A stretch of 32,358 nt of DNA from assembly GCA_023458615.1 (NCBI GenBank), contig JAEWYV010000282.1, forward strand, positions 1 to 32,358, written 5' to 3'. This DNA is from Bacillota bacterium (GTDB taxonomy: Bacteria; Bacillota; Clostridia; Christensenellales; CAG-138). Position numbers and translations under genes: made by a program. Under the pieces are notes generated by a model. It saw only the letters and a program-made list of their open reading frames with translations, made no database searches and was not told the origin of the DNA. Positions 24,664-32,358 of the stretch are shown piece after piece. The number at the start of each line of letters is the position of its first letter. Position 1 is the first letter of the stretch.

Positions 24664-25263
24664 AATTGGGTCTCCCTTATCCAAGCTGGCAGATCAACTG
24701 CTGAGCTTGTTCGCGATTTGATCGTTGATGTGTTTGTTTACGGACTCGGATTTGCAATTTTCGCACTGTTGATTTTTTATGCCTTGAATAGGAGATTCTG
24801 CTCTTTGTCTTCAAAAATTTTATCGGATGGCGTTACTGCTTCACTATAGAATAATACAACACTAATATATCGTACACCGCTTAGACCAACAATATAATCC
24901 ATTTGTCGGAATATAAGAAATATTGTCTTGATATACGAATCCGGATGGATGCGAATGGCATCATATTGAAAAGAAGTATGACATAGTTGACTTCTTCATG
25001 CGGTTAATCGAATGAGAATTGCGTAGAATAAAACAAATCGGATCTCTTCAACATGCAGCTGCTGAGGCCGCATGGCGCTGCATGCACCAAAGTACATTCG
25101 CGAAAAGGCGCAACATCACCAGATAATTGACAATATAACGCAAAAGAGTACAAGCCCTGTCTAAACAAGAGAGTCCTTTAGGGGCAAGAAGTAGGATGAC
25201 ACATGATGGTCTGAACACGGTGAAAGCAGCGACTTGAGGTGGATGCAGGCACCACAGGCTTTT

Positions 25264-25300
25264 AACGAAAAAGCAGACCACCCGGTTTGCGGGTGGTCTG
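25264..25300 (-). terminator. Rho-independent terminator downstream of the GH51 gene
   Basis: The plus strand shows CAGACCACCCG (25274..25284), loop GTTTG, then CGGGTGGTCTG (25290..25300), a perfect 11-bp stem. On the minus strand CTTTTTCGTT follows it. It lies about 185 nt after the GH51 stop. Confidence 0.8.
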
Positions 25301-25484
25301 TGTGCGGGATGGACTTGAATCAACGACCTCCTAGGTGTGGCATATATCTCGGCGAAATGTCGTTAGGAATGTACGATGATTATGCAAGATAATCTCCGAC
25401 CTGTACGGATCATTGAACATGTACTTTTTGATGATCAATAACGATTATATGTCGTCATTGATGGCAATCAACGTCAAATAAACA

Positions 25485-27002
25485 TCAGGTAGTGGGCTTC
25501 ATGTTCGAATTCTGTATTCGAACCATGTTCCATGAAAACTTTGGCAGGGTTACTGTGATTATATGACCGGAGCATGAAAAATCATTATTCCGGACGGGGA
25601 AAACCGGAGAATGGGTTGCGGTATTAACGGAATCAACTGCGAAGTCACAGAGGGAAACATACTCTGATACGGAGAATGAATCTGGATTCGAAAGAATAAT
25701 TTGACAATCCCGTTGATGCTCCATATCACGGTTTACGAAAAACAGAACGATCTCGTTTTCGTCCTGGGAGAGGATTGCGGCGCCATCGACGTAGGGGATA
25801 GCATCATCGATCGCGCAGGCGTAGGTTGGGGATTCAATCGAGATGCGTATCGAAGTGCCGCGTCCATACCGCGAGGCATACAAAAACGGGTAATAGATGG
25901 TTTGAACCCATGCTTTGCCGCTTGGCTCGGTCATGATCGGAGCAATTGTGTTAACGAGCTGCGCTAAGCACGCGATCTTGACTACGTCCGCGTTGCGCAG
26001 GAGCGCATTTATCATGCAACCAACCAGCAGTGCATCCGCTCCATCGTAGACCTCCTCTTCAATGGCGCGCGGAAACGTCCATTTCTCCGGCATAATGCCG
26101 TCCTTTTGAAAATGATACCAGACGTTCCATTCGTCGAACGAGAGAAATACATCGCGGTCACTGTTTCTTCTCGCCTTCTCTGCGCGGCAAAATTCTGCAA
26201 CTTCGCGGATAAATCCTTCCATCTCAATGCTGCGCGCCAGAAACGAGGGCACGTCGCCATCGTTATTCTGATAATATTGATGCAGAGAAAGATAATCGAT
26301 GTAAGGGTAACAGTGCGTTAGCACTGTTTTTTCCCATGTGCCGAATGTTGGCATGCTCCGATAAGAACTGCCACACGCGACCAATTCAATAGACGGATCA
26401 AGCCACTTCATCATCTTTGCGGTTTCGCAGGCGATTCTGCCATATTCCTCTGCGGTTCTTGCGCAGATCTGCCATGGGCCGTCCATTTCGTTGCCGAGGC
26501 ACCAGAGCTTCACATCGTACGGCTCAGCGTGTCCGTTGGCGCGACGAAGCTCGGCAAAGTGTGTCGGCAGGTTGCCATTGACATATTCCAAAAGGTCACA
26601 GGCACTCTGCGGCGTACCGGTTCCGAGATTGACTCCGAGCATGCCCTGAACACCGAGGCGCTCACACCACTGTAAAAAATCATCTGTACCAACCTGATTT
26701 GGCTCCAAGGCAGACCATGCAAGCTCCGGGCGCACTGGGCGCTTCTCCCTCGGGCCGATGCCGTCCTGCCAATCGTAGCCAGATAGGAAGTTGCCACCGG
26801 GGTAACGGATACAGGAAAGGTTTAGAGGTTGAATGAGTTCTATCACATCTTGACGAAACCCGAACGCATCCGCGCTCTCATGTTCCGGCTCATAAATGCC
26901 CGTATAGACCGCGCGGCCCATGTGCTCGATAAAAGAACTATAGATGCGATCGTCAATCTTGCCAACCTTTTTTTGCAGATCAATTTCGATACGTGTGCTC
27001 AT
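25485..27002 (-). CDS. abfA: GH51 alpha-L-arabinofuranosidase
   Basis: Motifs are DDRIYSSFIEHMGRAVYTGIYEP, IRYPGGNFLSGYDWQDGIGP, acid/base WCLGNEMDGPWQ and nucleophile FLSFDEWNVWY. Together these are the canonical AbfA/GH51 signature. An ATGA overlap joins it to the upstream LacI-family gene. Confidence 0.95.
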   Translation of the reverse strand: MSTRIEIDLQKKVGKIDDRIYSSFIEHMGRAVYTGIYEPEHESADAFGFRQDVIELIQPLNLSCIRYPGGNFLSGYDWQDGIGPREKRPVRPELAWSALEPNQVGTDDFLQWCERLGVQGMLGVNLGTGTPQSACDLLEYVNGNLPTHFAELRRANGHAEPYDVKLWCLGNEMDGPWQICARTAEEYGRIACETAKMMKWLDPSIELVACGSSYRSMPTFGTWEKTVLTHCYPYIDYLSLHQYYQNNDGDVPSFLARSIEMEGFIREVAEFCRAEKARRNSDRDVFLSFDEWNVWYHFQKDGIMPEKWTFPRAIEEEVYDGADALLVGCMINALLRNADVVKIACLAQLVNTIAPIMTEPSGKAWVQTIYYPFLYASRYGRGTSIRISIESPTYACAIDDAIPYVDGAAILSQDENEIVLFFVNRDMEHQRDCQIILSNPDSFSVSEYVSLCDFAVDSVNTATHSPVFPVRNNDFSCSGHIITVTLPKFSWNMVRIQNSNMKPTT

Positions 27003-28042
27003 GCATGTCTCCCTGAACCAAGCGAGGACTCGCGCTCAATGATGGAACACTCCAACAATATTTCGTGCTCGGCGGGCAAGCCTTTGCCGGAGAGAATATC
27101 CAGCATGATGTGCGCGGCCTTTTGGCCAATCTCGAAAAGGGGCAAGGCAACGGTAGAGAGCTGCGGACGGCACACGGTTGAAATCTCGCGGTTGTCGAAT
27201 CCGATTAACAGGATATCCTTGCCAACCTCAATTCCGTTTGCGTTACAGTAGTCTATCACGCCCGTCGCCATTAGGTCGTTATGCGCAAAGATTGCTGTTG
27301 CGCCGCTCTTAATCAACTGCTCGCCGAGCGTATACCCACAGTCACGCCCCCAATCTCCAACCAATGTCAGAGAAGGATTGTATGGGACTTTGTGCGCAAA
27401 AAGCGCCTCCTGATGCCCGCGCGTGCGATTGTAGGAATGGCTGCTGTCGGCTGGACCCGCGATCATGCCAATCACGCGCCCTCCCGCGCGGATCAATCGC
27501 TCCGTCGCTTCAAAAGCGGCTTTCTTGTCGTCGTAAATAACGGACGGGATGGAGGAATCCAGACTGGTGCAGTATGCGCAGACAAACTGCGGTTCTGGAT
27601 GATTGGAGAGCGAAACGACCACGTGGCTGTGGCAGCCGATATAGATAATGCCGTCTACCTGCTTAGAGAGCATTTCGTCCACGACGCCGTGTACAAGCTC
27701 TGTGCTCTCTTCCAAATCCTTAGGGCCGTTCCCGTAACGTTTGAAAAAGCGTAGGTTGCCTAATATATAGTGATATCCTGCTTCATCGCAGGCGGCTGCA
27801 ATGCCGTCCACGATTTCCGGTGCATTAAAAACGGTCAGATCTTCCGTCACAATGCCAAGCGTTTGGCTCCTGCCGCTCTTTAGGTAACGGGCGTTGAGAT
27901 TGGGGCGGTAGTTTAATTCGCGCGCGGCTTCCATCACCAACTGTCTGGTTTCGGCATTCACGCCGTGCTTATCGTTGAGCACCTTGCTCACGGTGGCTAT
28001 GGATACGCCGGTGCGTTCCGAGATCTCCCGAATCGTTGCCAT
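26999..28042 (-). CDS. LacI-family transcriptional regulator (arabinofuranoside locus)
   Basis: From the ATG at 28042 the helix-turn-helix reads MATIREISERTGVSIATVSKVLNDKHGV. The track ORF extension to 28261 covers the promoter region and has no regulator-like sequence. The gene is co-transcribed with abfA. Confidence 0.9.
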   Translation of the reverse strand: MATIREISERTGVSIATVSKVLNDKHGVNAETRQLVMEAARELNYRPNLNARYLKSGRSQTLGIVTEDLTVFNAPEIVDGIAAACDEAGYHYILGNLRFFKRYGNGPKDLEESTELVHGVVDEMLSKQVDGIIYIGCHSHVVVSLSNHPEPQFVCAYCTSLDSSIPSVIYDDKKAAFEATERLIRAGGRVIGMIAGPADSSHSYNRTRGHQEALFAHKVPYNPSLTLVGDWGRDCGYTLGEQLIKSGATAIFAHNDLMATGVIDYCNANGIEVGKDILLIGFDNREISTVCRPQLSTVALPLFEIGQKAAHIMLDILSGKGLPAEHEILLECSIIERESSLGSGRHA

Positions 28043-28081
28043 ACTCGCTTCTCTTTCCGTTCCAAACGACTCTAGATCGTT

Positions 28082-28110
28082 TTTATACTTACATGTTAAA
28101 CGTTGTACAA
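28082..28110 (-). promoter_or_regulatory. Candidate promoter of the lacI-abfA operon with an overlapping LacI-type operator (site A)
   Basis: The minus strand reads TTGTAC, 17 nt, then TATAAA. The operator-like 16-mer TGTTAAACGTTGTACA (28094..28109, 6 of 8 palindromic pairs, central AACGTT) overlaps the -35 and spacer. Confidence 0.4.
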
Positions 28111-28204
28111 TCGGAAAGCAAGCGGTTTTTAGGGTTTCCGCCTGTTTCACCATCGTTTCAAGGGCGAATCTTGAAAAATATTTTGCAAATTTCAGGGAAA
28201 GGGC

Positions 28205-28256
28205 TTTACAAACCATTTTCGAGTGCAGTATAGTAACGATATCAAAGAAAACGTTT
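28205..28256 (+). promoter_or_regulatory. Candidate GH127 promoter plus operator site B
   Basis: TTTACA (28205..28210), an 18-nt spacer, then TATAGT (28229..28234). GAAAACGTTT lies at 28247..28256, just downstream of the predicted transcription start. Confidence 0.45.
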
Positions 28257-28308
28257 AACACATTTCATCAAATATGCACTTAATTCAGTTCAATAATCGC
28301 TAAATAAC

Positions 28309-28318
28309 GAAAACGTTT
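28309..28318 (+). promoter_or_regulatory. Operator site C (GAAAACGTTT) in the GH127 leader
   Basis: This 10-mer is identical to those at 28247 and 30383. It ends 23 nt before the GH127 ATG. Confidence 0.45.
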
Positions 28319-28341
28319 AGCATGATAAGGAAGACCAGAGC

Positions 28342-30336
28342 ATGGCTAATAAACTGCGCCCGTCGAACATTCAGAAGATTGAAATTACGGATCCCTTGTT
28401 TGGGAGATATGTCTCTATGATTGCGGAGGCAATTCTTCCATATCAGTGGATGGCACTCAATGGAGGCGTCGACATCTCCGATTCGGATCAGTGGGAAGCG
28501 CTTAACGGTCGTGTCACGGACGAACGAGTTTCCAGCTGCATCGATAATTTTCGAATCGCTGCAGGGGAAAAACAGGGGGTGCATTCCGGCGCCGTGTTTC
28601 AGGATACGGACGCGTATAAGTGGCTGGAAGCCGCGGCGTACTGCATTCAAATTGGAAAAGGGGATAGCCTTCGGCAGAATGCGGATGAGCTGATTGCTCT
28701 GATCGAACACGCGCAGCAGCCGGATGGTTACCTCAACACGTTCTTTACCATTGCGGACCCCGCACATCGTTGGAAGAACCTCGCAGAAGGACATGAGCTC
28801 TATTGCGCGGGGCACCTGATCGAAGCAGCGGTGGCATACTATTACGCAACTGGAACGGATCAGTTGCTGGAAGTCGCAAAGCGCTTTGCTGACCTGATTG
28901 CAACTGTGTTCGGGCCAGAGGAAGGCAAATGCAAGGGGTATCCAGGTCATCAGGAAATTGAACTTGCACTCGTGAAGCTGTATCGCGTGACCCGTGAAAA
29001 CCGATATCTGGATCTGGCAAAATACTTTTTAAGTGAACGCGGAAAAGCGCCAAACTATCTGATTCAAGAGATGGAGACGACCAAGGATTTCCGGCTGTTT
29101 CCGGAGTTTTCTCATTATGACGCGGAGTATGCGCAGACGCATCTTTCGCCAATTGAACAGACAACGGCGGAAGGACATGCCGTTCGCGCTGTTTATATGT
29201 ATTCTGCGATGGCGGATCTTGCCAAGGAATGCGACGACGAAAAGATGAAGCAGGCCTGCAAGGCGCTATGGGATAACATTACGACTAAGCGGATGTACAT
29301 CACGGGAGGCATCGGCTCTTCGGGACTGCTTGAGCGATTTACAGTGGATTACGATCTGCCAAATGACCGCATGTATTGTGAATCCTGCGCTTCCATCGGA
29401 CTGATGATGTTTGGCCAACGAATGAATCTGCTGACGAGGGACGCTTCCTATTACGATGTTGTAGAACGCGCACTTTACAACACCGTTCTTGCAGGCATTT
29501 CGGCAAATGGGGATCGCTATTTTTATGTCAATCCGCTGGAGGTGTGGCCGGATAACTGCAAGCCTTCCACCTCGATGTCGCATGTAAAGCCTGTTCGTCA
29601 GGAATGGTTTTCCTGCGCTTGCTGCCCCCCGAATATCGCGCGGACACTGGCCTCTGTCGGTCAGTATATCTATTCGGAAGATGATAAATCCGTCTATATC
29701 AATCAATTTATCTCTTCCAAAATGCAAACGTCGATTGCGGGAACGGACATTGCGATCGGCCTGAATGCCAGCTACTTGAAAGACGGGTGCGTACGCATAA
29801 CGGTCGGCAGCTCCTCCGCTCATCCGTTCACGGTTCGTGTACGCATCCCGTCCTACCTGAAGAATTCCGCATTTCTGTTGGAGCAGACCGAAATCACGCC
29901 TGTAGTTGAAAACGGTTATGCGGTGCTCGCCGTCTCCCGCGCGGGAGAGCAAACATTTACACTGCGCGGACTGGTTGAGCCGGAATTCTTCGCCGCGAAT
30001 GACCAGGTACGCGCCGATATCGGCAAGCTAGCGCTTATGTTTGGCCCGTTTGTGTATTGTCTTGAGGAAGCCGACAATGGAAAGAACCTTGCAAATGTGT
30101 TCGTCAAACTGGATTCCGAAATTGAAAAGAAGATACCGCTGGCAGGGTTACCGGGCGACATGCCGATGCTCGGCTTAAACGGAGAACGGCTGATCCGCAC
30201 GACGGATCAAGCGGGCTCGCTCTATGCTGCGCCAAAGTTTGAAAAGACGAAGGCACCGCTGACTGCAATTCCGTATTGCCTCTGGTGCAATCGCGAACCG
30301 GGCGAGATGCTTGTTTGGATGAAGGCAAGTCTTTAA
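28342..30336 (+). CDS. GH127 beta-L-arabinofuranosidase (DUF1680, HypBA1-like)
   Basis: The size of 664 aa fits the family, and the N-terminus carries FGRY...PYQW. The Glu/Cys cluster YCESCAS and the CACCPPNIAR motif correspond to the Zn-Cys3-Glu site and Cys nucleophile described for Bifidobacterium HypBA1. An AAGGAAG ribosome-binding site is present. Confidence 0.92.
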   Translation: MANKLRPSNIQKIEITDPLFGRYVSMIAEAILPYQWMALNGGVDISDSDQWEALNGRVTDERVSSCIDNFRIAAGEKQGVHSGAVFQDTDAYKWLEAAAYCIQIGKGDSLRQNADELIALIEHAQQPDGYLNTFFTIADPAHRWKNLAEGHELYCAGHLIEAAVAYYYATGTDQLLEVAKRFADLIATVFGPEEGKCKGYPGHQEIELALVKLYRVTRENRYLDLAKYFLSERGKAPNYLIQEMETTKDFRLFPEFSHYDAEYAQTHLSPIEQTTAEGHAVRAVYMYSAMADLAKECDDEKMKQACKALWDNITTKRMYITGGIGSSGLLERFTVDYDLPNDRMYCESCASIGLMMFGQRMNLLTRDASYYDVVERALYNTVLAGISANGDRYFYVNPLEVWPDNCKPSTSMSHVKPVRQEWFSCACCPPNIARTLASVGQYIYSEDDKSVYINQFISSKMQTSIAGTDIAIGLNASYLKDGCVRITVGSSSAHPFTVRVRIPSYLKNSAFLLEQTEITPVVENGYAVLAVSRAGEQTFTLRGLVEPEFFAANDQVRADIGKLALMFGPFVYCLEEADNGKNLANVFVKLDSEIEKKIPLAGLPGDMPMLGLNGERLIRTTDQAGSLYAAPKFEKTKAPLTAIPYCLWCNREPGEMLVWMKASL

Positions 30337-30365
30337 GAATTAAAAATCACAAACACAAATCAGAT

Positions 30366-30394
30366 AGTACTTCTAGTACTTCGAAAACGTTTTC
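30366..30394 (+). promoter_or_regulatory. Composite operator-like element: AGTACTTC direct repeat plus a perfect 12-bp palindrome GAAAACGTTTTC
   Basis: AGTACTTC lies at 30366..30373 and again at 30375..30382, and each copy contains the AGTACT palindrome. The perfect palindrome GAAAACGTTTTC (30383..30394) follows immediately and contains the same 10-mer as sites B and C. Confidence 0.5.
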
Positions 30395-30402
30395 TATGTT
30401 TC

Positions 30403-30670
30403 TATCAGCGGCAGGAAGTTGCTGGGACGCTCATGTGTCTGCGGCATCGACCGCAGGCGCGCCAAAGGTCAGCTTTTCAGTTTATATCAGCGGCAGGAAG
30501 CTGCTATGATGCTCTTTTGTCTGCGGCATCGACCGCGGACACGCCAAAGATCGGATTTTTCGTTTCTATCAGCGGCAGGAAGTTGCTGGGACGCTCATGT
30601 GTCTGCGGCATCGACCGCAGGCGCACCAAAGTTCAGCTTTTCAGTTTATATCAGCGGCAGGAAGTTGCTG
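30403..30670 (+). repeat. Tandem array of 82-bp repeats: three full units plus a 22-bp partial fourth
   Basis: Units start at 30403, 30485, 30567 and 30649, each with TATCAGCGGCAGGAAG. Units 1 and 3 differ at 2 of 82 positions, and unit 2 differs from unit 1 at 15 of 82. Each unit contains the hairpin CTGCGG-CATCGA-CCGCAG. The partial fourth unit runs into TATAAT (30671..30676). Confidence 0.95.
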
Positions 30671-30702
30671 TATAATAAATAAAATAAGGAAGGGAATTGG
30701 AA

Positions 30703-32106
30703 ATGAAAACCAAGAAGTTACTTGCTCTGCTGCTTTGTGCCATGATGGTTTCCGCCCTGTTCGCATGTGCACAACCCGCAGCCCCCACAACCAAAGAACC
30801 CGCCGCAGAAGCAACCGCAGCCCCGGCAGCGGAAGCGACCGAAGCAGCCCCCGCGGAGAAGATCACACTCACCTTCTCACTCTGGGGAGATCCTGCAGAG
30901 CAGGAAACGACACAGAAAGCACTCGACGTATATAATAATTCGCAGGACAAAGTATATGTCAAGGCGCTGCAGATTGGGCGTGACGAGTACAACGAAAAGC
31001 TCCAGACCATGGCAACCGCGGGCGAGATGCCGGATTGCGGCATGGTTGCGGAAGATACCGTGATCGCATGGGCAAGAGACGGCCTGCTGTCGGATGTGGA
31101 TATCTATGCCGGTCAGGAAAACCTGCCACTGGATTATCTTGCATTCAAGTACAATGGCAAGACCGTTGCGTACTCCTCTGCCAACGAAGTTCTCGCTCTG
31201 TGGTACAACAAAGCGATGTTTGACGCAGCGGGAATTCCCTATCCGTCCGCAACCCTTGATAACGCATGGACTTGGGATCAGTTTGTTGAAGTTGCGAAAA
31301 AGCTGACCATCGACGCCAACGGCAAGCACCCGGGGGAAGATGGATTTAACAAGGACAATATCGTTCAGTACGGCGCTTATGTGAACCAGTATACCTGGCA
31401 GCTTGAGGTATGGGCGCTCTCCAATGGTGGCAAGTTCTTCTCGCCGGATGGCAAGTCCATCGTATTTGACGATGCAGCAATCGAAGCAATTCAAAAGGTT
31501 GTTGACCTCCATTTGGTTGACAACGTAGCTCCGCTGAATGACGGCACGCAGGATAACGGCTTTGCAAGCTCTGTTGGAGCCGGCAACGTTGCAATGTGCA
31601 CCGAAGGCCAGTGGGCGACTGGATTCCGCGCGGGCTTGGACGGCATCGACTATGGTGTTGCCGTACTGCCCTACATGAAGGACAAAGTGACCATCGCGAC
31701 AGGCGGCCCGACGGGCGTGTTTGCCACGACGAAGTATCCGCAGGAAGCAGCCGATTTCCTCAGATGGTATAACAGCGAAGAGAATAACATCGGTACGATC
31801 ATGGCTGGCTGGTGGATGCCTACAAAGCAAAACTGGTATATCGACGAAACACTGCTTAAGTCCTGGGTGGACGATTGCGAACTCCGCGCGGCACTCCCGG
31901 CGGATGCCTATAAGACGGCTATCGTGGATGTTGCGTTGGATACCAATGTGACCCATCAGACCGCATGGTACTACACACCCAACACGTTTGAAGTGCTGAC
32001 AAAGACGCTGCAGCCAGCGCTTGTGGAAGCAATCAACGGCAGTAAGACGGTGAAGGAAGTCATTGACTCCGTTCGCGATGCAATGCAGGCGGCGCTCAGC
32101 AAATAA
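30703..32106 (+). CDS. CUT1-family ABC transporter solute-binding lipoprotein (arabino-oligosaccharide type by context)
   Basis: The ATG at 30703 has an AAGGAAGGG ribosome-binding site about 9 nt upstream. The track ORF begins at an in-frame TTG at 30697. The lipobox is SALFAC, followed by a PAAEATAAPAAEATEAAPAE linker and a family-1 solute-binding fold. Confidence 0.9.
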   Translation: MKTKKLLALLLCAMMVSALFACAQPAAPTTKEPAAEATAAPAAEATEAAPAEKITLTFSLWGDPAEQETTQKALDVYNNSQDKVYVKALQIGRDEYNEKLQTMATAGEMPDCGMVAEDTVIAWARDGLLSDVDIYAGQENLPLDYLAFKYNGKTVAYSSANEVLALWYNKAMFDAAGIPYPSATLDNAWTWDQFVEVAKKLTIDANGKHPGEDGFNKDNIVQYGAYVNQYTWQLEVWALSNGGKFFSPDGKSIVFDDAAIEAIQKVVDLHLVDNVAPLNDGTQDNGFASSVGAGNVAMCTEGQWATGFRAGLDGIDYGVAVLPYMKDKVTIATGGPTGVFATTKYPQEAADFLRWYNSEENNIGTIMAGWWMPTKQNWYIDETLLKSWVDDCELRAALPADAYKTAIVDVALDTNVTHQTAWYYTPNTFEVLTKTLQPALVEAINGSKTVKEVIDSVRDAMQAALSK

Positions 32107-32145
32107 TCAACGACAGACCCTTTGATAAGTAACCTATGTGGATAA

Positions 32146-32183
32146 GGGGCGCCTGAATAGCAGAATGCGTATGCGGGCGCCCC
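32146..32183 (+). other. Intercistronic GC stem-loop after the binding-protein gene
   Basis: GGGGCGCC (32146..32153) pairs with GGCGCCCC (32176..32183) around a 22-nt loop. GATGGTTTTATTCC follows, giving a weak U-tract. This is the same architecture as the hairpin at 7461..7500. Confidence 0.55.
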
Positions 32184-32220
32184 GATGGTTTTATTCCTTT
32201 AGGAGAGTGTGAAAATCGTC

Positions 32221-32358
32221 ATGAAAATCAAAACAAAAAGGGCAAACAATGCAGTCAAGGAACAACGCGCGGCATATCTGTTTCTAATTCCCGCGCTGCT
32301 TGGCTTGACATTTATCACCTATGTGCCCCTGCTCGCCGTTTTCGGCATCAGTTTAACC
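32221..32358 (+). CDS. ABC sugar transporter permease, N-terminal fragment running off the window
   Basis: MKIKTKRANNAVKEQRAAYLFLIPALLGLTFITYVPLLAVFGISL is a typical MalF/UgpA-type permease N-terminus. An AGGAG ribosome-binding site lies upstream. An in-frame GTG at 32209 is an alternative start. The ORF is absent from the track because it is truncated to under 60 aa. Confidence 0.75.
   Translation, partial: MKIKTKRANNAVKEQRAAYLFLIPALLGLTFITYVPLLAVFGISLT

Noticed and set aside
24658-24849. A 63-aa plus-strand ORF with a hydrophobic stretch (VFVYGLGFAIFALLIFYAL), possibly a small membrane peptide.
   Set aside because: It has a TTG start with no ribosome-binding site and begins inside the kinase coding region on the opposite strand. 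Hydrophobic stretches are expected from T-rich intergenic DNA.
25301-25331. A tRNA-like 3' fragment on the minus strand (GGAGGTCGTTGATTCAAGTCCATCCCGCACA) directly followed by a terminator. This suggested a tRNA gene or an att-site relic of an integrated element.
   Set aside because: No complementary acceptor 5' strand, D-arm or anticodon arm can be found upstream. The T-stem does not pair (GTTGA against CCATC). The only real match is the 9-mer TTCAAGTCC, which could occur by chance in 64 kb of two-strand sequence. No integrase is present in the window.
28043-28261. A 73-codon N-terminal extension of the second LacI-family ORF. Similar over-long starts occur at 18877 (permease), 14138 (URO-D paralog C), 10959 and 30697.
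   Set aside because: The helix-turn-helix motif or the conserved N-terminus starts at an internal ATG with a ribosome-binding site. The extensions overlap upstream genes or promoter and operator DNA, or begin at TTG without a ribosome-binding site.
30403-30670. Whether the repeat array could be a CRISPR array.
   Set aside because: The units are contiguous 82-bp tandem copies with no unique spacers. There are no cas genes, and the unit length does not fit the repeat-plus-spacer architecture of CRISPR arrays.
30276-30935. ORFs of 77 to 112 aa running through the tandem repeats (30276..30509, 30419..30682, 30433..30675, 30597..30935), giving repeated peptide blocks such as SAAGSCWDAHVSAASTAGAPK.
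   Set aside because: They occur in several frames at once simply because the DNA is repeated. They have no ribosome-binding sites and are Arg/Cys-rich. The last one overlaps the genuine binding-protein gene out of frame.

Overview
The window looks like a chromosomal carbohydrate-utilisation region from a Gram-positive, Clostridia-like bacterium. The evidence is AGGAGG-type ribosome-binding sites, lipoprotein solute-binding proteins with Ala/Thr/Glu/Pro-rich linkers, a YesM/YesN-type two-component system and a YolD-like gene. By eye, coding DNA is moderately GC-rich and intergenic DNA is AT-rich. I support 25 protein-coding genes and found no rRNA, tRNA, CRISPR array, transposase or integrase.

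Gene order, left to right:
1. A secreted clan GH-A (GH5-like) lipoprotein hydrolase.
2. A Y-family DNA polymerase with a YolD-like partner, behind a LexA-box promoter.
3. An alpha-glucan/isomalto-oligosaccharide locus: LacI regulator, CUT1 ABC binding protein, two permeases, a neopullulanase-type GH13 and a GH13_31 oligo-1,6-glucosidase. No ATPase is present.
4. A minus-strand operon of three divergent URO-D/MtaA-superfamily paralogs interleaved with an aldose-1-epimerase-fold protein.
5. Divergent from that operon, a CUT2 monosaccharide ABC importer (double-NBD ATPase, permease, AraF-like binding lipoprotein).
6. A convergent YesM-like histidine kinase and YesN-like AraC-type response regulator.
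7. An arabinofuranoside locus: LacI regulator, GH51 alpha-L-arabinofuranosidase, GH127 beta-L-arabinofuranosidase, and a CUT1 binding protein with the start of a permease.

The best candidate for something undescribed is the triple URO-D-like plus mutarotase operon at 12810..17331. It has no haem or corrinoid partners and sits inside an arabinose-centred sugar locus. The second most unusual element is an array of 82-bp tandem repeats (about 3.3 copies) at 30403..30670, between the GH127 gene and the next binding-protein gene. Just upstream of it lies a perfect 12-bp palindrome that contains a 10-mer (GAAAACGTTT) found three times around the GH127 gene. All family assignments come from motif recognition by eye; no database search was run.
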